A DNA stretch of 64,000 bases from Candidatus Thorarchaeota archaeon (GTDB lineage Archaea > Asgardarchaeota > Thorarchaeia > Thorarchaeales > Thorarchaeaceae), in assembly GCA_004524445.1 (NCBI GenBank), contig SDNP01000005.1:37522-101521 (forward strand). The letters run 5' to 3'. This document shows, piece after piece, positions 40,401 through 48,768 of the stretch (position 1 is the stretch's first letter; the number at the start of each line of letters is the position of its first letter). A program made the position numbers and the translations under genes. Under the pieces are notes generated by a model that was not told the origin of the DNA, did no database searches, and saw nothing but the letters and a program-made list of their open reading frames with translations.

Positions 40401-40903
40401 TACTTGCTTCCCCCATCCCAGGTATTTACTTCAACGAAAACTTTTCCACCCTCATTGATTACTGGATTATCGATAGTGTTCCAATCAAGGGTCAAGGACA
40501 TGCCTGGCTCAATCAGTGGAGATGGAGAGGTTGGTACACTCTGGATTACTTGGTGGAAAGCAGCATCTTCTGTAGAGGATTCTGCCTCCATCAACAGGCC
40601 ATAATTGCCTGTAACTCCTACCCCAGAATAATCAAACTCTGCCGACCCGTATTCTGATACCATAACTCCATCGTAAGAGGCAGGTCGTGTCCCATCCCAG
40701 TCCTCGAAGCTCGGGTTCTTGTTGACATTCACCTTCAATGGCTCAAGCTGCTCGTCTGCGGCAAGGCGGTTCAATGCCACAGGGGCACGGGCATCCATAG
40801 CATCTGCAGAGAAAGACTCTGTTGTCTTTTCAGTAGGTGCTGCGATTACCGATGTTAGCATTAGAATTACAAATAGGCATAAGATGGCGTGCTTATGTTT
40901 CAA
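37439..40903 (-). CDS. large cell-surface protein: three CBM-like repeats, Ig-like repeats, Thr-rich linker, TM anchor
   Basis: Signal peptide; repeats starting NPSFEDW/NGNFETG/DPGFEEDW; Ig repeats PTIDSP.D...G.YNYT.V.D; poly-Thr; TM then RKR. Confidence 0.85.
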   Translation of the reverse strand: MKHKHAILCLFVILMLTSVIAAPTEKTTESFSADAMDARAPVALNRLAADEQLEPLKVNVNKNPSFEDWDGTRPASYDGVMVSEYGSAEFDYSGVGVTGNYGLLMEAESSTEDAAFHQVIQSVPTSPSPLIEPGMSLTLDWNTIDNPVINEGGKVFVEVNTWDGGSKYRNLFYVLSGNTASSNGTREAYFYMNDTIDQWNSFDRNITSDYIAVWGEGDLSATQYVQYVRLRIYSNAGIVGIVRAAFDNVVLTNGSYAAWIGNGNFETGSQSPWWATRSSKAYLEQSTDSTHETYSMNMSVPEYQSGTGSVNVMKNFDFPGGYFASSPDMMYLELDWKYNDTPSIPSMQYAELGLTFRNATGLFYLYIQFGSMSDILTGTNTTNANYFEMPGFGNKDLWQHTRIDMNDYLNSVGYSNVSLYELRFFLSNSADGASVFLLVDDFQIITYPLGDPGFEEDWYMDSRTPFAGWDDYNGDITEIQRTNDALVGDHACNLTAEGPVFVGVYREVGVPLHPSDLTNFSWRLDEIGSGGSFAYIRIHFDTYGLDYILAAGSTFSITNASTAHDIIVDRFNTTGSWNQLNVNLTADFEEAFGFSHGVSITEIYLRIGSDSGNRTSILFDEMHFVDGASPVIDSIAFSPTSPMYYDDVEVDVYAHDDRTGMGEVFVDYYNGTEWTTTPASDMGSFYQAVIPSYSYMTTILFQVTAIDNGGMSVLDDNGGIWYYYTIGDDIGPTVTINSPADATEMEGMAIIETTVDDESGSGIDYVEFRVGQSLFHTDDTAPYSSVLNLNVLNLGVHTINATVYDVAGNYASDTISITVVDTTTPTIDSPADVSFDEGEVGQWIAWSPDDARPSSYEVLLDGASQYSGLWNSTSEFVNISLDSLAFGEYNYTCVVYDDAGLWNADTVIVTVVDAEVPIVDLPASIQYIEFSTGHSIIWSPADDHPDSYSIYRNGSLVHSGLWNSSSETITVSVDNLGLGVHNYTIVVTDIGSNSAASTVWVTVVDGTSPTIDSPSDVEYTEGETGHEIEWTPFDHHPLSYIILLDGETARSGSWDNASLPISISVDGLGEGVYNYTISVEDVAGNKASDTVIVTVNAESSSTTTGTSTTTSTTTTTTTIPPPEGLSPMTLMIAGVSGVVVIAVIIVAMRKRPGS

Positions 40904-41211
40904 ATCTCCGATACTCTCCTTTCTCTAGGTAGATTGACGCCTTTACATATAGAACCCCTTCATATTTGTTTCCTTTTTCCTATATTTCAGACAATCTTTC
41001 CACTCGTCCGCGAGATTCCGCCTTGCGAAACTCTCTTCACAGCATACCTATCTAACGGCCTTTAGGTAGCTGCAACTATCTATAGGACGCCGTAAACCTG
41101 CTTTTGATGATCTCTCAAATGTCTACGTTTCTGATCTACTGGGCGGTGATAGCCTCAATATACAAACCAAATATGGTATTGAGTGAATTGTTGACCGATT
41201 TGTGAGAGAGA

Positions 41212-41814
41212 TTACTTCTCCAGCTTGTCAAGTCTTCGTTGAATCTTCTCGAGTTGCTCTTGTATCTTTGACATCTGGTTCTTCAAGGTCTCAAAATCGC
41301 TTCGGGTCGCAACATCAGTTGGCGGGGTTACCTGTTGCGGTGGATATGCACCTGTCGGAATCTGTCGTCTAAGACCCATACCGCGGCCTCCACCCCGGCC
41401 TCCTCCTCTTCCACGTCCCATTCCATAGCCCATTCCAGTTCCAGCGCCCGCACCATACGTTGATCCACTGCCAGTAGAACTTGGAGTTGATATCTTAGTT
41501 TCACCACCCTTGAACTGCTCCAAAGCCTGCTTCACAGTGCCAGACACACCTAATGCCGTGTCAAGGCCTGCTGCTGCGAGTGCGCGAGTTGCATTAGGAC
41601 CAAGGCTCCCTGTAAGAACTGTTTTTGCACCAGTTTGAGCTACAAGTTGAGCAGCCTGAATACCTGCGCCTCCAGAAAGATGTGCCGCCGTGTTCTGGAC
41701 TGCCTCTGCACTCATTGTATCTGTGTCCACAATGAGAAAATAGGGACATCTCCCAAAGCGGGGATCAACCTGTGAATTCATGTCGGGACCGGTGCTTGAT
41801 ACTGCTACTTTCAA
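41212..41814 (-). CDS. NifB/NifX family (FeMo-co biosynthesis-like) protein with Gly/Arg-rich tail
   Basis: MKVAVSS...VDPRFGRCPYF...GGAGIQAAQ...GPNA; GRGRGGGRG tail plus coiled coil. Confidence 0.9.
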   Translation of the reverse strand: MKVAVSSTGPDMNSQVDPRFGRCPYFLIVDTDTMSAEAVQNTAAHLSGGAGIQAAQLVAQTGAKTVLTGSLGPNATRALAAAGLDTALGVSGTVKQALEQFKGGETKISTPSSTGSGSTYGAGAGTGMGYGMGRGRGGGRGGGRGMGLRRQIPTGAYPPQQVTPPTDVATRSDFETLKNQMSKIQEQLEKIQRRLDKLEK

Positions 41815-41981
41815 TTGCTATGTTCTCCTTTGTAGATAATAATAGTCGAACGTTAATTATAGAATAATGCACAAAAATAAGAGTTGTGTTATGAAGAAAG
41901 GGAAAATGCGTTTGCAATAGAGGCTTTCATTCTACCGTTTGTTTTGCTTCCATTTTCGAGGCAGTAATTAGTATGAAATTG

Positions 41982-42641
41982 TTAGGTCTTCTGGACATAC
42001 CAAGGATCTAAGAGGGAAGCCCCGCAATGTCTACAATAGGCTAGACCCAAATCGGATACATCCTCCTCTCGGTAAGGATATGGTAGGTGACAAAATGGAC
42101 ATTCGTCCAGTCCAGATGACTTGCTACTGATTGCACCGGTAGATCTGCTAGATTTTCCAGAGTACGAGCTTTGAGCTATAGCAGGCTCGGAAAATACGTT
42201 CGCTACGCCCTTTGCAACAACACCATCAAAGACTACGAATACAAACAAAACCGGCAAAAGCAATGTCACTGCAAAAGGCGTTATGGAAATCAAGAGTGCG
42301 GTTGCAAACTCAATGGAAATATGAAGTATGTACAAGGCAATTGTCAGCAAAAATCCATGGAGAATGAGATACGTCCATTCATCCCTCACATTTCTATGCC
42401 AAATATGCTCCATCAGACCTGAGTTCAAGAATCCAATTCCATAAAATAGAATCAAAAATGCACCGATTAGGCCCAATATGACCCCTAGAAAGAGCATAAT
42501 ACCTGAAACTACAATCCAGACAAATGCTAGCACAAAGGAGAGGATGAACAATAAAATGCCATGTAGAAAATACCTGGGCATGTTCTCAAGGATTAAACTC
42601 CTCTTCCATTGCCGTTTTTCGTCCCCTACATCATCCATCAT
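41982..42641 (-). CDS. 4-TM membrane protein with C-terminal zinc ribbon (paralog A)
   Basis: RYFLHG, LHG, FDG motifs; CPFC...CRHCG; paralog of 43964..44614. Confidence 0.78.
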   Translation of the reverse strand: MMDDVGDEKRQWKRSLILENMPRYFLHGILLFILSFVLAFVWIVVSGIMLFLGVILGLIGAFLILFYGIGFLNSGLMEHIWHRNVRDEWTYLILHGFLLTIALYILHISIEFATALLISITPFAVTLLLPVLFVFVVFDGVVAKGVANVFSEPAIAQSSYSGKSSRSTGAISSKSSGLDECPFCHLPYPYREEDVSDLGLAYCRHCGASLLDPWYVQKT

Positions 42642-42783
42642 AATCAGAATCCCCGAGATACTCAGAGAAATCTGCAATTCGTGAATTACTTGCACACCAA
42701 TGCATAAGAATCTCACTACCTTCTGCAATTGCCACTAAATCGCTACTAAGACACATTTGTAGACGTCATATGTCTAACATTTG

Positions 42784-43347
42784 CTACATTGTCGAGTTCA
42801 ATTGGAGAGCAGTTATCTCTTCAGGATGCAATGGAATATTGCTAAGTGATGGGGGTCTGGAATCTACAAGTGCAGGAAGAATGCACAAATCGCTTTTGCT
42901 CAGCAAATTCCGTAATTTTCGTCTGGCTGATTCCATCGAGTCATTTCTTAGAATCGGCTCAATATATGCAATCCCAAGGCCCTTGAGTAGATTCGTATAG
43001 TCAAGAACTCCCGACGAAGTCCGTTGATGCCCCGTTGTCGCATATTCGTTATTGTCGAGAACTAGAATTTTTAGATTCTTTGGCCGCATAAAAGATGTAG
43101 TCACCAGTGAGCTGAATCCCATCAAGAGATTACCATCACCAAGAATAACAAGGACCTGTTTTTCAGGACGGGATAACGCAACGCCCATTCCAACGGGAAT
43201 TGGTAGTCCCATACTACCTCGTAAGTAAATCTGCGGGCGTGGCAAATAGTGATAGACCTGTCGACTGATATTTCCGTTGCTGCTGATGATTATCTCGTTT
43301 TTAGTCAGGACGTCTTGAAGCTCCTGGATTAACTCAAAACCATACAT
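42784..43347 (-). CDS. comE: sulfopyruvate/phosphonopyruvate decarboxylase beta subunit (ThDP-binding)
   Basis: NGNISR, GSMG, GDGNLLM, DNNEYATTGHQ. Confidence 0.8.
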   Translation of the reverse strand: MYGFELIQELQDVLTKNEIIISSNGNISRQVYHYLPRPQIYLRGSMGLPIPVGMGVALSRPEKQVLVILGDGNLLMGFSSLVTTSFMRPKNLKILVLDNNEYATTGHQRTSSGVLDYTNLLKGLGIAYIEPILRNDSMESARRKLRNLLSKSDLCILPALVDSRPPSLSNIPLHPEEITALQLNSTM

Positions 43348-43349
43348 GA

Positions 43350-43847
43350 TTATCCAAGCACCCCCTCCCTGACCAGAAGTGCAACGGGTTTCGATTTTTT
43401 TTCCATTTTCATAATCGCATCTTCCAGAGTCTGTCGCCAGTTATGGCTTTCAAAATTCCAGAACGGAACACGATAGGATTCCAATGAGTCTTCTGTTATC
43501 TCTCCCATCAATGAATGCTCAGGAAAATCCCTATCAGGTTCGAGGCCTCTGTAACTAATTACTATCAGCATTGGCAACGCATAGAGCTGAGCAAGCGAAG
43601 TCAGTGCGTCACCGATAGTAGCATAACCCGAATTCTGCATTAGAACAAAAGCTCTCTTGCCACCTAGTGCAATCCCGGATGCGATACCTACCGCCTCATC
43701 TTCGCGCGTAGCTGGAACATATGATATGGAATCAAGCATTTGGAGTTTTTCAATCATCTCCTCGAAATAGGAACAAGGCACTCCAGAAGCAAAAGAGAAA
43801 TCATTCTTCTCTAGAAATGTGAGGAAGTCAGTAGAAGCTATCATCAA
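43350..43847 (-). CDS. comD: sulfopyruvate/phosphonopyruvate decarboxylase alpha subunit
   Basis: GVPCS, TREDEAVGIASG, MQNSG, ISYRG, EH..MG. Confidence 0.8.
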   Translation of the reverse strand: MMIASTDFLTFLEKNDFSFASGVPCSYFEEMIEKLQMLDSISYVPATREDEAVGIASGIALGGKRAFVLMQNSGYATIGDALTSLAQLYALPMLIVISYRGLEPDRDFPEHSLMGEITEDSLESYRVPFWNFESHNWRQTLEDAIMKMEKKSKPVALLVREGVLG

Positions 43848-43963
43848 CTTCTCATCAGTCCAGCTTTCTTTAAAGATGATGGTTTTATCTTCAGGTGTTT
43901 GATACGATAAATCTGATGAGTGCTTCAGAGATGCATCTGCTCAATGAAGAACACAGAATATTT

Positions 43964-44614
43964 CTACGGATATCTCGGATCTCTGATAGTAGAACCACAG
44001 TGTCTACAAGTTACTGTGCCATCTTCGGCTATGTTTTCTTCCTTGTATGGAAATAGGTTTTGACAGTAAGGACATTCCTTCAATGACTCTCGTTCGACTG
44101 GCCTTCCAGAATCGGGATGTGCAATCTTAGGGAAATACCTTCTCTCTTTATCCGGTTCTACCACGAATGTATCTCCAATGGCCTTCGCTATGAATCCGTC
44201 AATAAATGGATATACCAATAGCATAGGTAGAATCGACTCTAGTATGGGAGGCATTGTAGAAGAGAGAACGATGACAACTACTCCAACCGGAAGATGGAGA
44301 AATAGAAGAACCAGAAACAACAGGAAACCATGAAATAGGAGGCTCATCCAATTGCTGTTTATATATTCATCCCAAAGAAATGATGTCAGAGCCTTGTTGA
44401 GGTAACCCATTGCGTAGAAGATAAGGATGAGCACCAATATTAGCCCGAGAAATGACCCAATAAGTACCATCGGCCCCAGAATCACTACTCCTCCGATGGC
44501 TATAACGGTGAGGAGAACAGACCATAGAAACCCGTGAAGGTAATACCTGAGAACTCTCTGAGAAATAGGCATGGATTCCCTTTGATTCACTTTTTCTACA
44601 GATTCCAAAGCCAT
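43964..44614 (-). CDS. 4-TM membrane protein with C-terminal zinc ribbon (paralog B)
   Basis: RYYLHG, FHG, IDG; CPYC...CRHCG. Confidence 0.8.
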   Translation of the reverse strand: MALESVEKVNQRESMPISQRVLRYYLHGFLWSVLLTVIAIGGVVILGPMVLIGSFLGLILVLILIFYAMGYLNKALTSFLWDEYINSNWMSLLFHGFLLFLVLLFLHLPVGVVVIVLSSTMPPILESILPMLLVYPFIDGFIAKAIGDTFVVEPDKERRYFPKIAHPDSGRPVERESLKECPYCQNLFPYKEENIAEDGTVTCRHCGSTIRDPRYP

Positions 44615-44893
44615 TGTAACGAACTCCCGATTTCAGTTTCCGGTGTAGCATTGCTTGAGATTAACCATCTAGACTCGAGGTTGGGCATAACTGCTTCAAA
44701 TATTGATTATTTCTCTTTTCTCCTTTTCGGCAGATTTAGAGTTCCGATCAGCTCTATGCGGTCATTGATGAGTATTAATGGGCGAAATCGGAGGCGAAGA
44801 TACCTCTTCTCTGGGAAAAATGCCAAAAGTTCAGCACTCCTGTAACACTACTCTTAAGTCAACAAGAAACATCACGCTAATGAGACGGTCTTA

Positions 44894-45097
44894 ATGAGTA
44901 CTAGTACATACAAGAAAGGAATGTTTGTTGGTTTAGGGATTATTTTTGGCGCGGTTGTAGGAACCATGATTTTCCTATTCACAAATCAGGCATGGCACAT
45001 TGGAGTGGGAGTTTCAATAGGTCTTATTCTTGGAGCCATCTTTGACGTCCTTCAAACGAGAGAATTCGACAACTCTGAAGGTCATGCGGCTGGCTAA
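44894..45097 (+). CDS. small 2-TM Gly-rich membrane protein
   Basis: Two GxxxG-rich helices. Confidence 0.65.
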   Translation: MSTSTYKKGMFVGLGIIFGAVVGTMIFLFTNQAWHIGVGVSIGLILGAIFDVLQTREFDNSEGHAAG

Positions 45098-45338
45098 AAC
45101 GGTATGATTTTCAAAGGCTAATAGTGGCCATTTTCCGTTCAATTCTTCAAGGTGGCATTCGCATCTCTCAATGCCCAATCCGCCAGCAAAGGCGCCAAAA
45201 CAATCTGTAAATCAAATCAACCCCTCTGAAGTTCCATGTTTGCAGCGACACAATTAAGTACTAAAAAGAGGTTCTAAACAGTGTGGCTGTCTATGAGCGG
45301 ATTTCTATGCATCTTACCGGAGCTTATAGGAATATCTA

Positions 45339-45572
45339 TTGCCACCAACATGCTCATCTGTGATGCCCGAGGCAAGGTACGTCATTCCTAATGGCCAATC
45401 CGCATGTAATGGTAATGTATGCAAGGATTGCTGTAGTCACATGCACGGAACGGGCAATAGGATTCCGTTTGATGCATATGTACCGATGTGCCCTCCGAAG
45501 CCAGATGCAATTATCCATGGCACTACCAAAGTCACAAAGAAACCGAGAAAGGGAAGCAAAGATGGAAATTGA
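45339..45572 (+). pseudogene. C-terminal fragment of NuoB / group 4 hydrogenase small subunit
   Basis: MPEARYVIPNGQSACNG...IPFDAYVPMCPPKPDAIIHG matches the degenerate MPEPKxVIAxGxCAxxG...PVDxYxPGCPPxPEAI pattern; N-terminal half missing. Confidence 0.75.
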
Positions 45573-46038
45573 AAATGACATTATCGAACTTCTGAAGGAA
45601 ACACTCAAGTACAGCATTGTTGAAACAAAGGTGCCACGCGAACGCAGGGTTTTTGTTTGGTTAGAAAAAGAAGCATTGAAGCCAGCACTGAGATTGCTTA
45701 AAGATGAGTACAATATCACATTCATATCAACCATTTCAGGTGTAGATTTGGAGAATGAAATTGAGCTTCTGTACCATCTCGTATATGAGGGATCGGTATC
45801 CATCTCACTTAGAGTAAAAGTGCCGAAGAAGGACCTCGTTATCCCAACGATAACAGATATTCTACCAGGGGCAATGCTCTATGAACGAGAGGTTCATGAG
45901 ATGTTTGGTGTGTTTTTTGAGGGGCATCCTAATCTTTCATTGCTGATTCTGCCAGAAAACTGGCCTGACGGCGTATATCCCTTAAGAAAGAAATCTAGTA
46001 TTGACGAATCACAGGAATTAACAAACGATGGGAGATAA
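45562..46038 (+). CDS. NuoC / MbhK-like subunit
   Basis: ISTISGVD, LLYH, PTITDILPGAMLYEREVHEMFGVFFEGHPNL, YPLRK. Confidence 0.88.
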   Translation: MEIENDIIELLKETLKYSIVETKVPRERRVFVWLEKEALKPALRLLKDEYNITFISTISGVDLENEIELLYHLVYEGSVSISLRVKVPKKDLVIPTITDILPGAMLYEREVHEMFGVFFEGHPNLSLLILPENWPDGVYPLRKKSSIDESQELTNDGR

Positions 46039-46224
46039 GCCAACAGTACCCATCGTTTGTGCAGATGCATGTTTTGTGAACAGTGTGTGGGAACATGTCC
46101 AAAGGATGCAATTCACATGAGCGATGAATTTGAATTGGCTGATTTCGATGAAGATAAGATGTATTGTGTCTATGAGATGGCCGCGAAGGAAGAAGAGAAA
46201 GATAGCGAAGAGGCATCGTCTTAA
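46028..46224 (+). pseudogene. deletion junction and C-terminal fragment of NuoI-like 2x[4Fe-4S] subunit
   Basis: 46063-46224 reads RCMFCEQCVGTCPKDAIHMSDEFELA...*, one CxxCxxCxxxCP motif, lacking the first cluster and a start. Confidence 0.75.
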
Positions 46225-46405
46225 CTAAGATAACATCATTCACCGGATTAAATGGACTCTCACAAATCTAGGGTTCAAGAAATCCAGAGGACCCAAATCT
46301 CGGGCAGCAGTAAGCACCGCCTTGCAGGACAGATGCTCGGTTGAGGATATACTCAGAGTTACTTTATTAGACTGGCAAAGTCTGTTTTTCCACAGGTGCA
46401 GCCGC

Positions 46406-47470
46406 TTGCAATCGCCGGAACTAGTTCCAATGCTCTTCATGACCACAATCATCAGCGGGGTGACAATGGTTGTCATCTTTCGTTCTCTATGGAAGAACAA
46501 AACCCTACCAACTCTACTCTATTCGATTACAGTGGTCCTTTTTTCTGGCATGGCCATAGATCTTCTATTGGATCAGGTCTATCTTCCATTTAGAAACTGG
46601 TATATTGTCATTAATGAACATCGGTTGTGGGTTTCTAATATCCTGCTTGCGTTTTTTATTGTTGGTGGATTTTTGTTTTGGTATTTTGCAGTGATATACT
46701 CTCAATATGAGAGACCACCATGGCACACTAACATAATTTCATTCATTGCAGGTGGAGCGCTCTTCGGAGAGTTAGTTAAGGGAGACTGGTCAGCGCATAT
46801 ACCAATAATTGGCGAAGCCCTTGCATTCATCATATTGGGTTTTGTAATCGTCAGATATGCTATGAGGGTTCTTCGAGCTACAGATGATACGAAAGAAAAG
46901 AGGTGGGTCGGAGTGTACTTCCTCGGTTTTCTGATTTGGATCATAGCCGGGCTCATTGGAGTTGTTATTGCCAATATACCAGGTGTGCCATATCTAATAG
47001 GTCAGAGTTGGTCTGTGCCTTATAGCATTGGCTTGTTGATGATATCAGTCACGGTAGCAGTGAATCCGAAGCTCCTCTTTGTGAGTGAGGCGATGCCTCT
47101 TGACCTACTCATACTTGACAAGGAGGGTACCCTCGTATTCGCACATAGATTCCATGACTATTCAGGAAGTGTTGACTCGGAGCTGATGGGGTCGGCCATG
47201 TCAGGGGTCGTTTCACTCATGAAAGAGATGTTGGCAACTGACAGGAATCTTCACCGAGTTGACCATGGTGACATCAAAATCCTAGTTGAGAGTGGTGCCT
47301 TGACCACATCGTTGCTCGTAGTAACAGAAGAAACGGCAAGGTTTCGGCAATCCCTGCGTAACGCGACCATGGAGTTTGAGTCTAACTACAGAGATGCATT
47401 GCTTAGAGATTCAGCATTTGTCACGGATTTCGTGTCCTTTAGGGAAAGAGCCAAAGCCTTGTTTCTATAG
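46406..47470 (+). CDS. 7-TM membrane protein with C-terminal roadblock/longin-like domain
   Basis: Seven hydrophobic helices, then LLILDKEGTLVF...DSELMGSAMSGVVSLMKE...IKILVE...LLVV...FESNY; AGGTG SD before TTG 46406. Confidence 0.75.
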   Translation: MQSPELVPMLFMTTIISGVTMVVIFRSLWKNKTLPTLLYSITVVLFSGMAIDLLLDQVYLPFRNWYIVINEHRLWVSNILLAFFIVGGFLFWYFAVIYSQYERPPWHTNIISFIAGGALFGELVKGDWSAHIPIIGEALAFIILGFVIVRYAMRVLRATDDTKEKRWVGVYFLGFLIWIIAGLIGVVIANIPGVPYLIGQSWSVPYSIGLLMISVTVAVNPKLLFVSEAMPLDLLILDKEGTLVFAHRFHDYSGSVDSELMGSAMSGVVSLMKEMLATDRNLHRVDHGDIKILVESGALTTSLLVVTEETARFRQSLRNATMEFESNYRDALLRDSAFVTDFVSFRERAKALFL

Positions 47471-47530
47471 AATCAGGTATTCCTCTAGCATGGACTATGC
47501 CGAATATGAGCGTCCGGAGTTGGAGATAGC

Positions 47531-48544
47531 ATGGATGTTAATGTCTTATTCATCTGGGATGTACGAAACGAATTAAGAGAGTATATTTCTGAAGGAATCC
47601 CTCAAGATACTGGCATCAATCTCATTTTCCCCAGTCCAGCCGAGGAGTCCGAATATCTGAAGCATGCCGATGTTGCAGACATTATTGTAGGTTGGAGACC
47701 AAGTGAAGAGCTCCTCGAGAAAGCGAAAAATCTGTCGCTCTACATCAATCCTGGGGCTGGTGTTCAGCACCTGCTGGAGAAGTTTCGAGGGCTTGACCAG
47801 AGTCGTGATATCACGCTTGTCAATGGGCATGGAAATGCCTACTTCACCGCACAACACGCCGTGGCACTATTACTCTCGCTGACAAACAAGGTGATCCCAC
47901 ACCACAATTGGATGGCAGATGGCAAATGGAGGAGGGGAGATGACTATGCAAAATCAATTCCACTAAGAAGACGTCGAATCGGGCTACTGGGATATGGAGC
48001 TGTAAATAGCAGAGTTCATCAATTCCTCTCCGGATTTAAGAATGAATTTGCAGTAGTGAAACGAAGTCAACTGGAAAATGATGGCCTTCCAACCGAGATC
48101 AAATTCTTCAAACCGAGCGAACTGCACGATTTCCTGGATTATATTGATGTGTTGATTCTTGCCGTTCCACTGACGGAGGAAACTGACGGCATTATTGGTC
48201 AAAAGGAATTGGGCCATCTTGGAGAGAGAGGGCTCCTAGTCAATATGTCTCGTGGACAAGTTGTTGAGCAGGCTGCGCTCTATAATGCACTCAAGAAGAA
48301 CACAATCGCTGGAGCAGCAATAGATGTGTGGTATGACTATCAGCCTGATTCAGACGAAAACGGGAAGAAGTATCCATATCAATACCCGTTTCATGAACTT
48401 GAAAACATTATTCTCTCCCCACACCGGGGAGCCTCACCAATGGATGACTTACAGCGATGGAATGAGGTAATCGAAAATATCAAAAGATTTGCATCAGGGT
48501 CGAGCGATTTTCTAAACACGGTCGATATCGAAAGAGGATATTAG
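47531..48544 (+). CDS. D-isomer-specific 2-hydroxyacid dehydrogenase
   Basis: GAGV, GLLGYGAV, PLTEET, VNMSRG, AAIDVW, SPHRG. Confidence 0.92.
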   Translation: MDVNVLFIWDVRNELREYISEGIPQDTGINLIFPSPAEESEYLKHADVADIIVGWRPSEELLEKAKNLSLYINPGAGVQHLLEKFRGLDQSRDITLVNGHGNAYFTAQHAVALLLSLTNKVIPHHNWMADGKWRRGDDYAKSIPLRRRRIGLLGYGAVNSRVHQFLSGFKNEFAVVKRSQLENDGLPTEIKFFKPSELHDFLDYIDVLILAVPLTEETDGIIGQKELGHLGERGLLVNMSRGQVVEQAALYNALKKNTIAGAAIDVWYDYQPDSDENGKKYPYQYPFHELENIILSPHRGASPMDDLQRWNEVIENIKRFASGSSDFLNTVDIERGY

Positions 48545-48768
48545 GCGCCAAATCCATTTAGCAGAAACTTATTAGGCATTGTATCCCAGAAAAAATAGGC
48601 TATTGGACACGCCAGATAGATTCCTGAGGATTAGAAGGATAGCATCACGGATTCAGTTGTCTGAAGATAGTGGTGCGAAAGGAGCCAAGCTAAGAAACTG
48701 CCTATGAACCGCCTTTTCTGTCTGGTAGAAAGTGGCAAAAGCCAGCCTTCATGGAGGAGGAGAATAGT

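Noticed and set aside
48595-48745. SRP RNA or RNase P RNA
   Set aside because: Too short, and lacks the SRP helix-8 consensus and the RNase P GAGGAA..UC / ACAGAA boxes in the right order.
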